Shown: positions 9,781-19,643 of the stretch, in pieces
Numbering within the stretch: the stretch's first letter is position 1
Layout: the number at the start of each line of letters is the position of its first letter
From: a virus
Taxonomy: Duplodnaviria; Caudoviricetes
Virus record (IMG/VR): IMGVR_UViG_2868569063_000004
Location: 1 to 64,000 of that record
Reading direction: 5' to 3' (one strand)
DNA length: 64,000 nucleotides
The notes under the pieces: generated by a model
What the model saw: the letters and a program-made list of their open reading frames with translations, nothing else
What the model was told of the DNA's origin: nothing
The model's database searches: none
Made by a program: the position numbers and the translations under genes

Positions 9781-10023
9781 TCACCTCTTCAATTTGTCAT
9801 ATTCATATTTTGAAATTTCTTTTATTACATAGATGTCATTATCAGGCGGAAAATTATAGAGACCTTCAATGTGCCATCCATATTTTCCGTCTGAACTTAA
9901 AATAGCCTGTGCTTCTGTGATATCACATAGAAGCAACAGACTATGTTTTTCCTGATATTTGATATACAGGATATGATTAAGGACATCTACGACTTCATCA
10001 TTTTTGATTACTTTATAATACAT
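9781..10023 (-). CDS. Hypothetical protein
   Basis: 80-aa ORF with AGGAGG RBS. Confidence 0.65.
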   Translation of the reverse strand: MYYKVIKNDEVVDVLNHILYIKYQEKHSLLLLCDITEAQAILSSDGKYGWHIEGLYNFPPDNDIYVIKEISKYEYDKLKR

Positions 10024-10052
10024 GTGATATCCTCCTTATAAGAGGGGAATAG

Positions 10053-13000
10053 TTACCCCTCGCATGAAATTGAGAACATAAGTAAAATTCCAGAATTCTG
10101 TCCTGGATAAGAGAATCCATATGTTGCACCAGATTCATTAACCGTATACAACCAGTTTGCAACTGTAGCATTTGGAGATCTGGTCCAATAAGATTTATAC
10201 TCTGCAGGAATAGAAGAGTTTGCTTTCTTTCTGGTATCATCATCTGTGAAATAAGCAATAGGTGCATTTGTTTCAGAGATATATGGTTCAGAAGTAGCAG
10301 TAGGATCAACTTCGTACAGAGATGGAACATAGAATCTGCAATTAGATACGGATGTATCATTTGATTTATTACCAATAGAAGAGTATACTTTTACAGGTTT
10401 GATCAGGGCTTTCCATAAAGGAGAAATAGCTTTAAGGAGACGTGTATTCAGCCATGTGTTCAGAGAAGATTCAGCCCATCCACCTGCATTTGTGCTCTTA
10501 TTATTATAAGGCTTTTCAGTACCTAACAGGTTTGAAGCAACAAATGTAATGTTAGCTCTCTTTGAAGCAACGTCAGACAGATAATATCCTTTAAACTTAG
10601 CCACTTCCATAGGGATTATTTCGTGGATCCATGCAGCAATATCCATACATTGTTCTTCACCAAGATCTGCGTACCATACTTTAGCCCAATGTATAGTGCC
10701 TTTTGCAAAGTTTTCATATGCTCCGTCGTCAGCTTTAGAACATCCAAATACGAGAGTGGAACTATGCTCTGGAATCCTGATCGCATTCAGAGTAGTAGAA
10801 GATACTTCTTTCCCAGTCATGTTTGAATTGTACACATAAAGCTTCTGACTTCCAGCTTCATGACGGAATACAATAATCTCTCGGTTTGTTCCAGCAGATG
10901 GAGTTATACTATCAGTATTCCATGAGAAACGAGGTTCCTGAGAATACCAAAGTCTGAATCCATTTGAACCATCACCTTGAAAACACTGAGCAAGAGTGGA
11001 GTTTACACTATTTCCTGAATCAAATTCAAAGTCAATAGCAATTGTAAAGTCTCTGTCTTTTTCCATAATCTTTAATCCGGTGTCAATATAGTTTGTTCCA
11101 TCAAATTTAGTCGCAGCTGAAATAACTTCATGCTCTTCAATGTCGCCATAGCTATAATCAACACCAAGTTTGAAATCTAATGTATCTTTTAATGATAATG
11201 ATTTTGCTTCAAGTCCCATTTTCATAAGAGTATAAAGCTCAACCTGTGTCATATTGGCCAGATCCTTACCATCAAAGTATCCATCTACATATTCGCAGGT
11301 TTCATATACTGCATTGATTGTTTTATTTCCATCGACAAATCCTGACTTATCCCATCCTTTAAACAGATTGTACTTATAAGCAGATTCCTCAGCAGTATAT
11401 ACAGGAGTATCACCTGTATATTTTACATAAGAACCATACTGGGCAGTAGATTCTTGAAGAGATAATCCTTTAGAAACATATTTTACAGTATATTCACGAA
11501 TTTTGCTATTGTATACAGCTTTGATAGTTCTGTCAGCGAAGATTCTAGTTAGAGATCCATCCCAGCCTTTGAATGTATAATCAAGTTTGATTGTGCTTTC
11601 TTTGGTAGGAATAGGAATCGGATCAATTTCTCTTGTAATAGGATCAACTGCATTTGCACCTTTATCAACGTACTGGATATCAAGAACTGTATTTTCTTCA
11701 TCGTCGTTGACGAATGTTACTTTGAACTGAGTGATAATTGAATCGTAGGTAATCTCTAAATCTGGCCATAATTCAGCGAATTCATCCAGCCTTTGCTGTC
11801 TCATAACAGGAATGTGTACAGTTCCTATAAGAACAGAATGTACAGAGTTATATCCGTTATCATCAATACCAGTCATTTTTGCTAATCTGTCAAGCAGAGT
11901 AGTATCGTCCAGTTCCCAATTGATGCCAGTTACACGAACTCTGGTTAATCCAGTAGCTTTATTGATAATGTCTTTTGCATCCAAAGTATTGCAGTTATCA
12001 AGAGACAGAGTAGTAAGATTTGCATAACTTGCTATAGTAAGATCGGTCAATCTATACAGGTTCTTTCCGGTAAGAGATGCGATGGCAGGAAGATGAGCAG
12101 TTTCAATCTTTCCGCCAGGAGCAAAGATAACACCTGTAATACCAGATCCTTCTGCTAGAAACTCTTCGAGATTTTTACAGTCAGAAAGGTCGATTGTCTT
12201 TTTCAGGTTTGGCAGATTCTCAAGATTCAGTCGTTCCAGAAGGACATTCTGTCCGATTGAGAAATCATTCATATTTGTATTCTGATATCCTTCAACATCA
12301 GAACCAATAAGAATGTCTGTCATTTTTACACCCTGATTGAAATTTGTATATCCCGGATAGAATGGCGCAATATCACCAATGGATTGCATCAAAGATGCAT
12401 TATATACATAGACCTCTGTATCGTTCATAGCAGCAATAGGAGATTTGACTGTATAAGTCTGACCTCTCTTAGCTCTTTGACGAACAAGGTTAGAACCAAA
12501 TCTTACATCAACATAAGAATCAGCATAAGGAACAATATGGAATGTACCGTCCGGTTTTACACCAGTCCAGTTTGTTGGAGTGTAACCACGGATTGTGATT
12601 ACATCTGAGGTAGTAGTAGAACCTACATATTTAGATGCAATATATTTCTCTTGATATTTCTGGAACTGTCGTCTCTGCTGTTTCTTGCTTCCGTTCATCA
12701 TTTCCAGATAAGAAGTCGTACCTTTATCCTCGTAAGGTCTGAAATACTTTCTTCTCATATCAGCGATCCAAAGACGTTCCGGTTTATAATTCTGAAGAGT
12801 TTCGAATTTATTTAAGATACGGTTTGCAGACCATGTAAGTTTGGCCTCCATCTGAAGGAACATACTCTGCAGATCATCAAACATGTAATCTCTGATATAA
12901 CAGAACACTTTACTATCAGATGCATTAAAGACTGATTTTGTTCCAATAGTATCAGTATCTTCATATCCGTAAGTAAGAGTTAATCCACCTTCATTATCAT

Positions 13001-16000
13001 TACCCATTGCAGTATCGTTATCATAATCCATACATAAATCCCAGTGAACCAAATCTTCTGTATGCCAGAAAGTATTTTTTGCTCTGTTATCTACCATAGT
13101 ATGTCTTTCGGTAAATAAGTAATAGAAGAGTAATGAGTCTTTAATAAAGTGCTGTTCAAACTCTTTTACAAATGTTTCAGAATCAGCATTTACAACCCAA
13201 GTCAAAAGATCGTTCCAAGCCTGTCTGCCAGCCTGAATTTCTTCTTCTGTACAATTTGGATTCTGATATCTCATTTCGAATGAAGTATCTCCACCCCATT
13301 CTTCATTTGATAAGTCATCAGATAAGAAACGGCACTGAGGATCAGTATTATTTGACACTTCAACAATGAATTCTTTGTGATTCTCTGGATCCATTCCCTG
13401 TGCAACTGTATTCTTCTTACTGTTACCAATATCACCTGCAGCATAGAAGTGCCACTGACCATCTTTGAACTCTACAGCATTATCTACATCTGTTTCTTTT
13501 AAGAATACAACACAAGGATAGAACTGCATAGTATCACGTACACGAGGATCTTTCTTTCTAGCAGGACGGATATATGGGTTGAATTCCTGATATTCTCCTT
13601 GAAGACCTGCATTATTGATATTCTCAGAAGAAGCAATATTTACTTTGACATTGAAATAGTTGATTCCAATAGCATTTTCATCCATAGAATAAACATCGGC
13701 AGTTGTATCATCTGCGAATGTAAATCCATTCTTACAGTTAATTTCCAGATTTCGACCAGAATCACCATAATATTCAGAAGAGGTTCCCTGTCCATTATGA
13801 ATACCATCACGAGAGATCCAGTTATCAACAGGACGACCATTCTTATAGATCTGCTGTACAGATGTAAATGGTACTTTATTTTTCTTACCAGTTGTAAATA
13901 CTGGTACTTCCAGTTTAATGATTCTCAAGTCTGGACATTTTTCGGCCAGTACATCAGGATCAAGTCCACCAGAAGAATCAAGAATATCATTGCGGTTGTA
14001 TCGGTTGATAATTTCATTTGCATTTTTTGCATCAGCAATGAAGTTATCCAGAATCTCATCATCAGTGAGGTTCATTGTATAAGCTTTTATTCTGTATACA
14101 ATAACGTCGCAGTCATCAGAACCGATTGTAATACCTACAGGATTTGTCTGCGTGAAACTATCAGAAGTGGCATACAGTTTTACTCTTGTAGGAATGCCAT
14201 CAACCCACATAACCATTTCTGTATATTCACTGTCCGGCAGAATATTAAATTCCAGCTCCATATAGTAATCTTCACAATATGGGACAGAGATTTCGTTCTG
14301 TTCAGATTTCAGTGTTGCTTCCTGAGCTTTTACAGTATAACCAAGATTATCTGCAAAACAGGAGAGTACTTGAGCTTCATAGTTCTTTACATTTGTACAT
14401 TTATAAATGAATTTAAAGTTCTTGCCAGTTTTCTTTGCATCATCAGCAAATAACTGATATGGGATAGTAGCAGCAGTTCCTGCTTTTACGCAGAAATAAG
14501 TATCTCCATCTTCATCGACCTGATAACCACCATTTGTTGTATCAAAGTTATCTGACACTTCAATTGTAAGATTATCATTAATCTTCAGCCAGTCAGCTTC
14601 ACCATTGTTTTTACCAGATGGATTAAAGTCAAATGCAAGGTTTGTAGTTACCGGAGATACATTGATATCCAGTTTCTCAATAGTAGCAGTAAGAATCTTT
14701 GTGATTCTACGACAACTGATAGTAAGAGACTGTTTGCCTATTGCGGTAGACTTGTAGCTCCAGATCTGAGCAGTTCTTCCAACAGTAAGAGTAGAAGCAA
14801 CTTTGCCATCAACAGAGAGTTTTACAGTAGCAGGATTATGTTCTGGATCATATACAACATATTTGATGCTTGTTGTATTGTACTGTTTTGCAGTAAATTC
14901 AACCATAGAACATCCAATAATAGGAGTAGTATTTCCTTGTTCAACCCAGATAATATCTTTATATACTGACTCAGAAGTTACGTCCTGATTATTGATACTT
15001 GCAGTCATATACACTTTCAGAAGGTGAGCACCATGACTCTGTTTTGCCAGAGTATAAGTCATCTGTCTACCAGAAGCAGTTGTTTCAACTCCTGCAATTT
15101 CTTTTCCATCAAGAACAAAATGTACAGTCTTATTAATATCATCATATGGAGTATATCTAAATGTTACCTCGTCTGAATAGAAGAGTGTATCATCAAAAAT
15201 ACTCTCAATTTTAAAGTCAACAATTGTAATGGTCCAAGTCTTAGTAGCGATTGTACCAAAACTGTCAGTGATAGAAAGTCTGATAGAGTTTGCACCATTT
15301 TTCAGATATTGTGTAATATCAAAACTATTCTTACCCTGAGCAGCTACAGTAGTAGCAACTGTTGTACTTCCGACACGCCATGTAGCAGTACCATTACCGG
15401 TTGTATCTCCTGTATTATCTACAGAGGTAAAGTTATACTCGATCACTGCAGAGTTTCCTGCTAAGAAGATTGCATCAGAACTTGTAATTCTCTCGATTGT
15501 GACCGTAGTAGTGTCAGATGGTCCAGAGCCACCAGTGATTGTAAACTGTTTCTTAATTACATCATCTTCATACAGAGTAAAAACATTTTCTTCATAAGAA
15601 ACGTCATACTCATGACCTGTATTTTTACCTAAATCCTTAATAGATTCATTGATCGCAGTAATGTCACTATTGATGGATTCAAACTGAGAATCATAACCAG
15701 AAACATTCTGCTTCAGAATATCTACCGTATTTTTGGTTTCTGTAGTAGTAGCAGAAATTGTTTCGTTAGATTCTTTTAATCCAGCTACATCTGTTTTCAG
15801 ACCTGAAATATCAGTTGTATTTGTTTCAACTTTGCCTGCCAGGTCATCTTTTGCAGTCTCAAGAGCAGACACACGATCTACAACAGGAGAGAGCTTTTCA
15901 TCTGTACTCTTAGAAATGTCCTCTTTAAGAGCAGAAGTCCATGCGGCAGACGGTTCAATAGAACTAAGTTCTACAGTCTGGATCTCTGTTTCTCCATTCT

Positions 16001-16931
16001 TGAATACGAGAGAACCTTTGCCATTCACTACAGAATATTCAACAACAAGATTTGAAAGACTGTTAATAGTGATTTCACCAATCTGTTCTTCTTTATCTTT
16101 AAATACAAGATGTCCAGAAGTATTATCATATTCAATTTTCAGATTTTTCAGACTATCAATACCTGAGATAGCAGTGTTCAGTTCCTCAACAGTCTGGTCA
16201 ATCTCTGTTTTTGTATAGTAATCTTTTAGAGAAGCAGCTACAGTCTGATTTAAATTTGCTGTTACAGAAGCGGTTACATCTGCTTTTATATCATCTACAT
16301 TAATAGAAGCAGCGGAAGCTTTTGCTTCATCTGCGTATTGTTTTGCTTCGGCTACATGACCAAGAATCATATTTACAAAACTTGTATACCAATCTTCAGA
16401 AGGTTCAATGATTCCGTCATAATTTAATCCTTGAAGAACAGTAAACTTACCATTTGGTCTGGTTCTCCAAATATAATTGTTTCCTTTTTCATTTACACCA
16501 GTAGCCATAATTTCAAAAATTATATCTCCGGCATTTGCTGTAACAGCAGCATCAATCAGCCAACCAAATCGAATATAAGTATTGTTGGAAGCTACATTGA
16601 TAACTGTTGCTACTTTACCTTTTTTCTCAGCTACAGATTCATATCTTATCTGGATGAGCATATCCATAAGATCCATACCATCCCAATATCTTTGAATCCT
16701 AAATGGCATATACTGGCTGTTTTCTTCCTGCATAATATTAATCTGTGTAGCATCAACGGCAATATTTTTTAAGTTATCCACTGTTGAATATGCATTGTCT
16801 TGATATTTGGTATATACTTCATAACGACCATCAGTACATAATGTATATTCCTCAGTATCTACGGCTAACTCAGCACTCAAAGTCATTGCCGAATTAGCCG
16901 CAGCAGCAATTTTAGAATCTTTAAATGACAT
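10053..16931 (-). CDS. Giant multidomain baseplate/receptor-binding protein (BppU-like N-terminus, coiled coil, CotH-kinase-like, LRR-like, LamG-like, DUF6273-like C-terminus)
   Basis: N-terminal IRFGWLIDAAVTANAGDIIFEI; VDNRAKN...YDNDTAMG; LxxLxLxNxxxL repeats; GGWAESSLNTWLN...YWTRSP. Confidence 0.7.
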   Translation of the reverse strand: MSFKDSKIAAAANSAMTLSAELAVDTEEYTLCTDGRYEVYTKYQDNAYSTVDNLKNIAVDATQINIMQEENSQYMPFRIQRYWDGMDLMDMLIQIRYESVAEKKGKVATVINVASNNTYIRFGWLIDAAVTANAGDIIFEIMATGVNEKGNNYIWRTRPNGKFTVLQGLNYDGIIEPSEDWYTSFVNMILGHVAEAKQYADEAKASAASINVDDIKADVTASVTANLNQTVAASLKDYYTKTEIDQTVEELNTAISGIDSLKNLKIEYDNTSGHLVFKDKEEQIGEITINSLSNLVVEYSVVNGKGSLVFKNGETEIQTVELSSIEPSAAWTSALKEDISKSTDEKLSPVVDRVSALETAKDDLAGKVETNTTDISGLKTDVAGLKESNETISATTTETKNTVDILKQNVSGYDSQFESINSDITAINESIKDLGKNTGHEYDVSYEENVFTLYEDDVIKKQFTITGGSGPSDTTTVTIERITSSDAIFLAGNSAVIEYNFTSVDNTGDTTGNGTATWRVGSTTVATTVAAQGKNSFDITQYLKNGANSIRLSITDSFGTIATKTWTITIVDFKIESIFDDTLFYSDEVTFRYTPYDDINKTVHFVLDGKEIAGVETTASGRQMTYTLAKQSHGAHLLKVYMTASINNQDVTSESVYKDIIWVEQGNTTPIIGCSMVEFTAKQYNTTSIKYVVYDPEHNPATVKLSVDGKVASTLTVGRTAQIWSYKSTAIGKQSLTISCRRITKILTATIEKLDINVSPVTTNLAFDFNPSGKNNGEADWLKINDNLTIEVSDNFDTTNGGYQVDEDGDTYFCVKAGTAATIPYQLFADDAKKTGKNFKFIYKCTNVKNYEAQVLSCFADNLGYTVKAQEATLKSEQNEISVPYCEDYYMELEFNILPDSEYTEMVMWVDGIPTRVKLYATSDSFTQTNPVGITIGSDDCDVIVYRIKAYTMNLTDDEILDNFIADAKNANEIINRYNRNDILDSSGGLDPDVLAEKCPDLRIIKLEVPVFTTGKKNKVPFTSVQQIYKNGRPVDNWISRDGIHNGQGTSSEYYGDSGRNLEINCKNGFTFADDTTADVYSMDENAIGINYFNVKVNIASSENINNAGLQGEYQEFNPYIRPARKKDPRVRDTMQFYPCVVFLKETDVDNAVEFKDGQWHFYAAGDIGNSKKNTVAQGMDPENHKEFIVEVSNNTDPQCRFLSDDLSNEEWGGDTSFEMRYQNPNCTEEEIQAGRQAWNDLLTWVVNADSETFVKEFEQHFIKDSLLFYYLFTERHTMVDNRAKNTFWHTEDLVHWDLCMDYDNDTAMGNDNEGGLTLTYGYEDTDTIGTKSVFNASDSKVFCYIRDYMFDDLQSMFLQMEAKLTWSANRILNKFETLQNYKPERLWIADMRRKYFRPYEDKGTTSYLEMMNGSKKQQRRQFQKYQEKYIASKYVGSTTTSDVITIRGYTPTNWTGVKPDGTFHIVPYADSYVDVRFGSNLVRQRAKRGQTYTVKSPIAAMNDTEVYVYNASLMQSIGDIAPFYPGYTNFNQGVKMTDILIGSDVEGYQNTNMNDFSIGQNVLLERLNLENLPNLKKTIDLSDCKNLEEFLAEGSGITGVIFAPGGKIETAHLPAIASLTGKNLYRLTDLTIASYANLTTLSLDNCNTLDAKDIINKATGLTRVRVTGINWELDDTTLLDRLAKMTGIDDNGYNSVHSVLIGTVHIPVMRQQRLDEFAELWPDLEITYDSIITQFKVTFVNDDEENTVLDIQYVDKGANAVDPITREIDPIPIPTKESTIKLDYTFKGWDGSLTRIFADRTIKAVYNSKIREYTVKYVSKGLSLQESTAQYGSYVKYTGDTPVYTAEESAYKYNLFKGWDKSGFVDGNKTINAVYETCEYVDGYFDGKDLANMTQVELYTLMKMGLEAKSLSLKDTLDFKLGVDYSYGDIEEHEVISAATKFDGTNYIDTGLKIMEKDRDFTIAIDFEFDSGNSVNSTLAQCFQGDGSNGFRLWYSQEPRFSWNTDSITPSAGTNREIIVFRHEAGSQKLYVYNSNMTGKEVSSTTLNAIRIPEHSSTLVFGCSKADDGAYENFAKGTIHWAKVWYADLGEEQCMDIAAWIHEIIPMEVAKFKGYYLSDVASKRANITFVASNLLGTEKPYNNKSTNAGGWAESSLNTWLNTRLLKAISPLWKALIKPVKVYSSIGNKSNDTSVSNCRFYVPSLYEVDPTATSEPYISETNAPIAYFTDDDTRKKANSSIPAEYKSYWTRSPNATVANWLYTVNESGATYGFSYPGQNSGILLMFSISCEG

Positions 16932-16943
16932 ATCATGACTCCT

Positions 16944-17651
16944 TTACTTTAATAATTTATCCAGATCGACAACCTGATCAAGATGAACAACTCCATCCTG
17001 TGTGCCATCAGGATCTTTACCTGTCATATCTTCGGCTACCATAGCAGAAAGATTTTTTACAACGATACCATTTCCGGTATCTTCACCATTTCTGTCTGTT
17101 AAAGTGATTTTTCTGTCTTCCGTATTAAGACGAATATCTTTTACCATACCTTCATAAGTTGCTTTATTCTGAGCATTGAGATCTTTAATCATTCCTTCCA
17201 TAGCAAGGAGTCTCTGATCAATTTCAGTAAACAATTCAGAAGGTTCATATTTATCAAATTGTACAAGTGGAGTAATATGAATAACACCTGATGTGGTTTT
17301 TCGAATATAAGAAGTGTACGTTCCATCTTCATTAGCAACAAGTTTTAAGAACGTGAAAGATACTTCGATATCCCCGGCTTCAGCAGTAAGTGCTGCATCG
17401 ACAGGAATTAAATACTGAATATAATTCTGTTCATATTCAAGATTATTTATAATAAGTTGTGTCATTTTAATTTTGTCTGACACCGGGAGCTTATACTTCA
17501 TATAAACAGTTGTATCTGACATATCAATCTGTTCCCGATACATTTTACTTGTTACAATCTGAATCTTATCTACATAATTACTTCTTTCCACAATTGATTC
17601 TTTGACTGTTGTTACAACAGTATTTTCATCTGTAATTTTTAGTGTATACAT
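16944..17651 (-). CDS. BppU-like baseplate upper protein
   Basis: YLIPVDAALTAEAGDIEVSFTF resembles BppU N-terminal domains. Confidence 0.55.
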   Translation of the reverse strand: MYTLKITDENTVVTTVKESIVERSNYVDKIQIVTSKMYREQIDMSDTTVYMKYKLPVSDKIKMTQLIINNLEYEQNYIQYLIPVDAALTAEAGDIEVSFTFLKLVANEDGTYTSYIRKTTSGVIHITPLVQFDKYEPSELFTEIDQRLLAMEGMIKDLNAQNKATYEGMVKDIRLNTEDRKITLTDRNGEDTGNGIVVKNLSAMVAEDMTGKDPDGTQDGVVHLDQVVDLDKLLK

Positions 17652-17665
17652 AACTGCCTCCTTCC

Positions 17666-18115
17666 TTATTTAGTCTGAGTTTTTTCTAAAGCTTCAATTC
17701 TAGTCTGTAGTGACTTAATAGTTTCCTGCAGTGTTGTGACTGATGAATTCGCATTATCATCAGCACTTTTCTTGATCTCAGCAGTATTCTGAGTCAAAGT
17801 AGTAATATTGTTCTGTATTGTTTCGATATTATTGGTCATGCTAAGTAATGATGTATTGATCTGTTCAATTGAAGTGTTAGAAGAAGAATCTGCAGACTGC
17901 AGATCAGAGATAGACTTCTGTACGGCAGTCATAGATTCTTTCAATTTATCCACATCAGCTCCCAGCTGAGTAAGTTTTCTTCCAACAACAAGGGCATCAG
18001 CGAATGCACCCTGTTTAGATAATGTCATATCTGATTCAGGGAGATTAGCCAGATAATTGTAATCATACTTAACAACACCAACAGAGGTTTGAATTCCCTG
18101 AATATATGTTGCCAT
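17666..18115 (-). CDS. Coiled-coil fibre-like protein
   Basis: DMTLSKQGAFADALVVG motif followed by long heptad repeats. Confidence 0.6.
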   Translation of the reverse strand: MATYIQGIQTSVGVVKYDYNYLANLPESDMTLSKQGAFADALVVGRKLTQLGADVDKLKESMTAVQKSISDLQSADSSSNTSIEQINTSLLSMTNNIETIQNNITTLTQNTAEIKKSADDNANSSVTTLQETIKSLQTRIEALEKTQTK

Positions 18116-18117
18116 TA

Positions 18118-18561
18118 TTACTCACCTTTTTCTACAAATTCATATAGTACTGTCATATCAAGCATAGACAGTTTGTCTTCATTAGATTTAAGCATTTTCT
18201 TGAGAGATTCCTCTGGAATCATCTCAACATCAAGTTCACATGTTTTATCATAAATTTTCTGCAGACTTTCTTGGATTTCAGGGATGATTTTATCTTTTAT
18301 GTCATCATTAAGAACACGATTTCCTGTTTCATTACCGTTTTCGTCAACAATAGGATGTGAGTTTTCCTCTGTAAAATAAGAATCAACTAACTCCTGCTCG
18401 ACCTCTGAGATTTTATCTACCTGCGCCTTAAGAGCCTTTAGATTCATTGTATTCGCCCAGAATACATCAACATCTCCTGCGATTAAATCCGCACGACTCT
18501 TCATAGAATTTAATGTTTTATACATTGCCATAATGTCTGCATTTACAATAACTTTTTTCAT
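18118..18561 (-). CDS. Hypothetical protein
   Basis: 147-aa ORF with AAGGAG RBS. Confidence 0.65.
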   Translation of the reverse strand: MKKVIVNADIMAMYKTLNSMKSRADLIAGDVDVFWANTMNLKALKAQVDKISEVEQELVDSYFTEENSHPIVDENGNETGNRVLNDDIKDKIIPEIQESLQKIYDKTCELDVEMIPEESLKKMLKSNEDKLSMLDMTVLYEFVEKGE

Positions 18562-18582
18562 AATCCTTGTACTCCTTTTATA

Positions 18583-18981
18583 TTAATATGTAACTTTATT
18601 TTCTCTGACGAGTTCTTCAATAGCATCATTTAGATATGCTTCAAAGTCAGAATATAATGTTTCGATAGCCGCTTTAGAATCTTCTGTAATCAACGCCTTA
18701 GCTTTATCAATAGCCATCTGTTTAGCAGTTTTCTGAGCTTCTGCGTCAAACTTACCTTCCTTTTTCAAAGCATCTACATAAGTCTGATTAACTGTGAGCA
18801 CTGCTTTACTAATAGCATCAGTAGCAGCGTCTATATATTTTACGAGCTGATCATTCTCCAAGTTCTTTTCCTGTTCTTTAATCTTTACTTTTAGGAAGAG
18901 GATTCCATAAGTAATAAGAAGTGGAAGAATACCAGTAATGATCAGATATAATACGTCCTGAATACCCTGTTTAATATTCAT
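18583..18981 (-). CDS. Holin-like protein (LL-H type)
   Basis: N-terminal TM helix; AVLTVNQTYVDALKK; terminal AIEELV. Confidence 0.7.
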   Translation of the reverse strand: MNIKQGIQDVLYLIITGILPLLITYGILFLKVKIKEQEKNLENDQLVKYIDAATDAISKAVLTVNQTYVDALKKEGKFDAEAQKTAKQMAIDKAKALITEDSKAAIETLYSDFEAYLNDAIEELVRENKVTY

Positions 18982-18990
18982 AATTTCCTC

Positions 18991-19398
18991 CTAACCGACA
19001 GCTTCATCATTTTCTGAAGATGACTGTCTAAGTTGTTCCATTGCAGAATCATAAGTAATGCCTCCTGTGCAGTTTTCTGCACGAGCCTTTGCATAATAAG
19101 CCCAAACTGTAGGGACGAGTGTTGCTGGAATAGCAATGAGAGCGTAGAGAGCAGATAAATCTCCATAGGTCATGATTGCTTTTTCTACAAAATGAATAAT
19201 CTGTAGATTAAGTAAAAGTACAGCAACAAGTATCAATTTACTTGTAGAGACTCTTGGAATATTGAATCTCTTAACCTTTGCTGCCTTCAGATTTCGTTTC
19301 ATTTCAATCTGCCGATTTTGGGCTTTAATTTTCTTTAATTCAAGTTCATATTCTCGACTGGTCAAATATTTCACCTTCTTTACATAATAAAAGACCAC
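18991..19398 (-). CDS. Two-TM membrane protein, holin-like
   Basis: TSKLILVAVLLL and LYALIAIPATLVPTVWAYYAKARAENCTGG; start uncertain. Confidence 0.6.
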   Translation of the reverse strand: MVFYYVKKVKYLTSREYELELKKIKAQNRQIEMKRNLKAAKVKRFNIPRVSTSKLILVAVLLLNLQIIHFVEKAIMTYGDLSALYALIAIPATLVPTVWAYYAKARAENCTGGITYDSAMEQLRQSSSENDEAVG

Positions 19399-19418
19399 GA
19401 TTGCTCATGGCCTCTTAT

Positions 19419-19643
19419 TTATTCAGGAATAATTCCATATACGTATGTTTCAAACTCTGTAAAGTCTTTCAGAACTGATTCTTTATTAGCTTTGAATGCT
19501 TCACCATCTTGAATAGATTTATTAATAGAAACGTCACCGTTTTTACTTACAGATGCGTTTGCATAAGCTACATTCTTTTGATTTTCTGCTTCACCAACAT
19601 AAATATTTGCACTTACATTAGTTGTTGTATTAATTTTAATCAT
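19419..19643 (-). CDS. Small hypothetical tail protein
   Basis: 74-aa ORF with GGAGG RBS, overlapping the Tal stop. Confidence 0.65.
   Translation of the reverse strand: MIKINTTTNVSANIYVGEAENQKNVAYANASVSKNGDVSINKSIQDGEAFKANKESVLKDFTEFETYVYGIIPE

Noticed and set aside
13599-14453. 284-aa + strand ORF and other short ORFs nested in the large structural genes
   Set aside because: Shadow frames of long minus-strand genes with no RBS or recognisable motifs.
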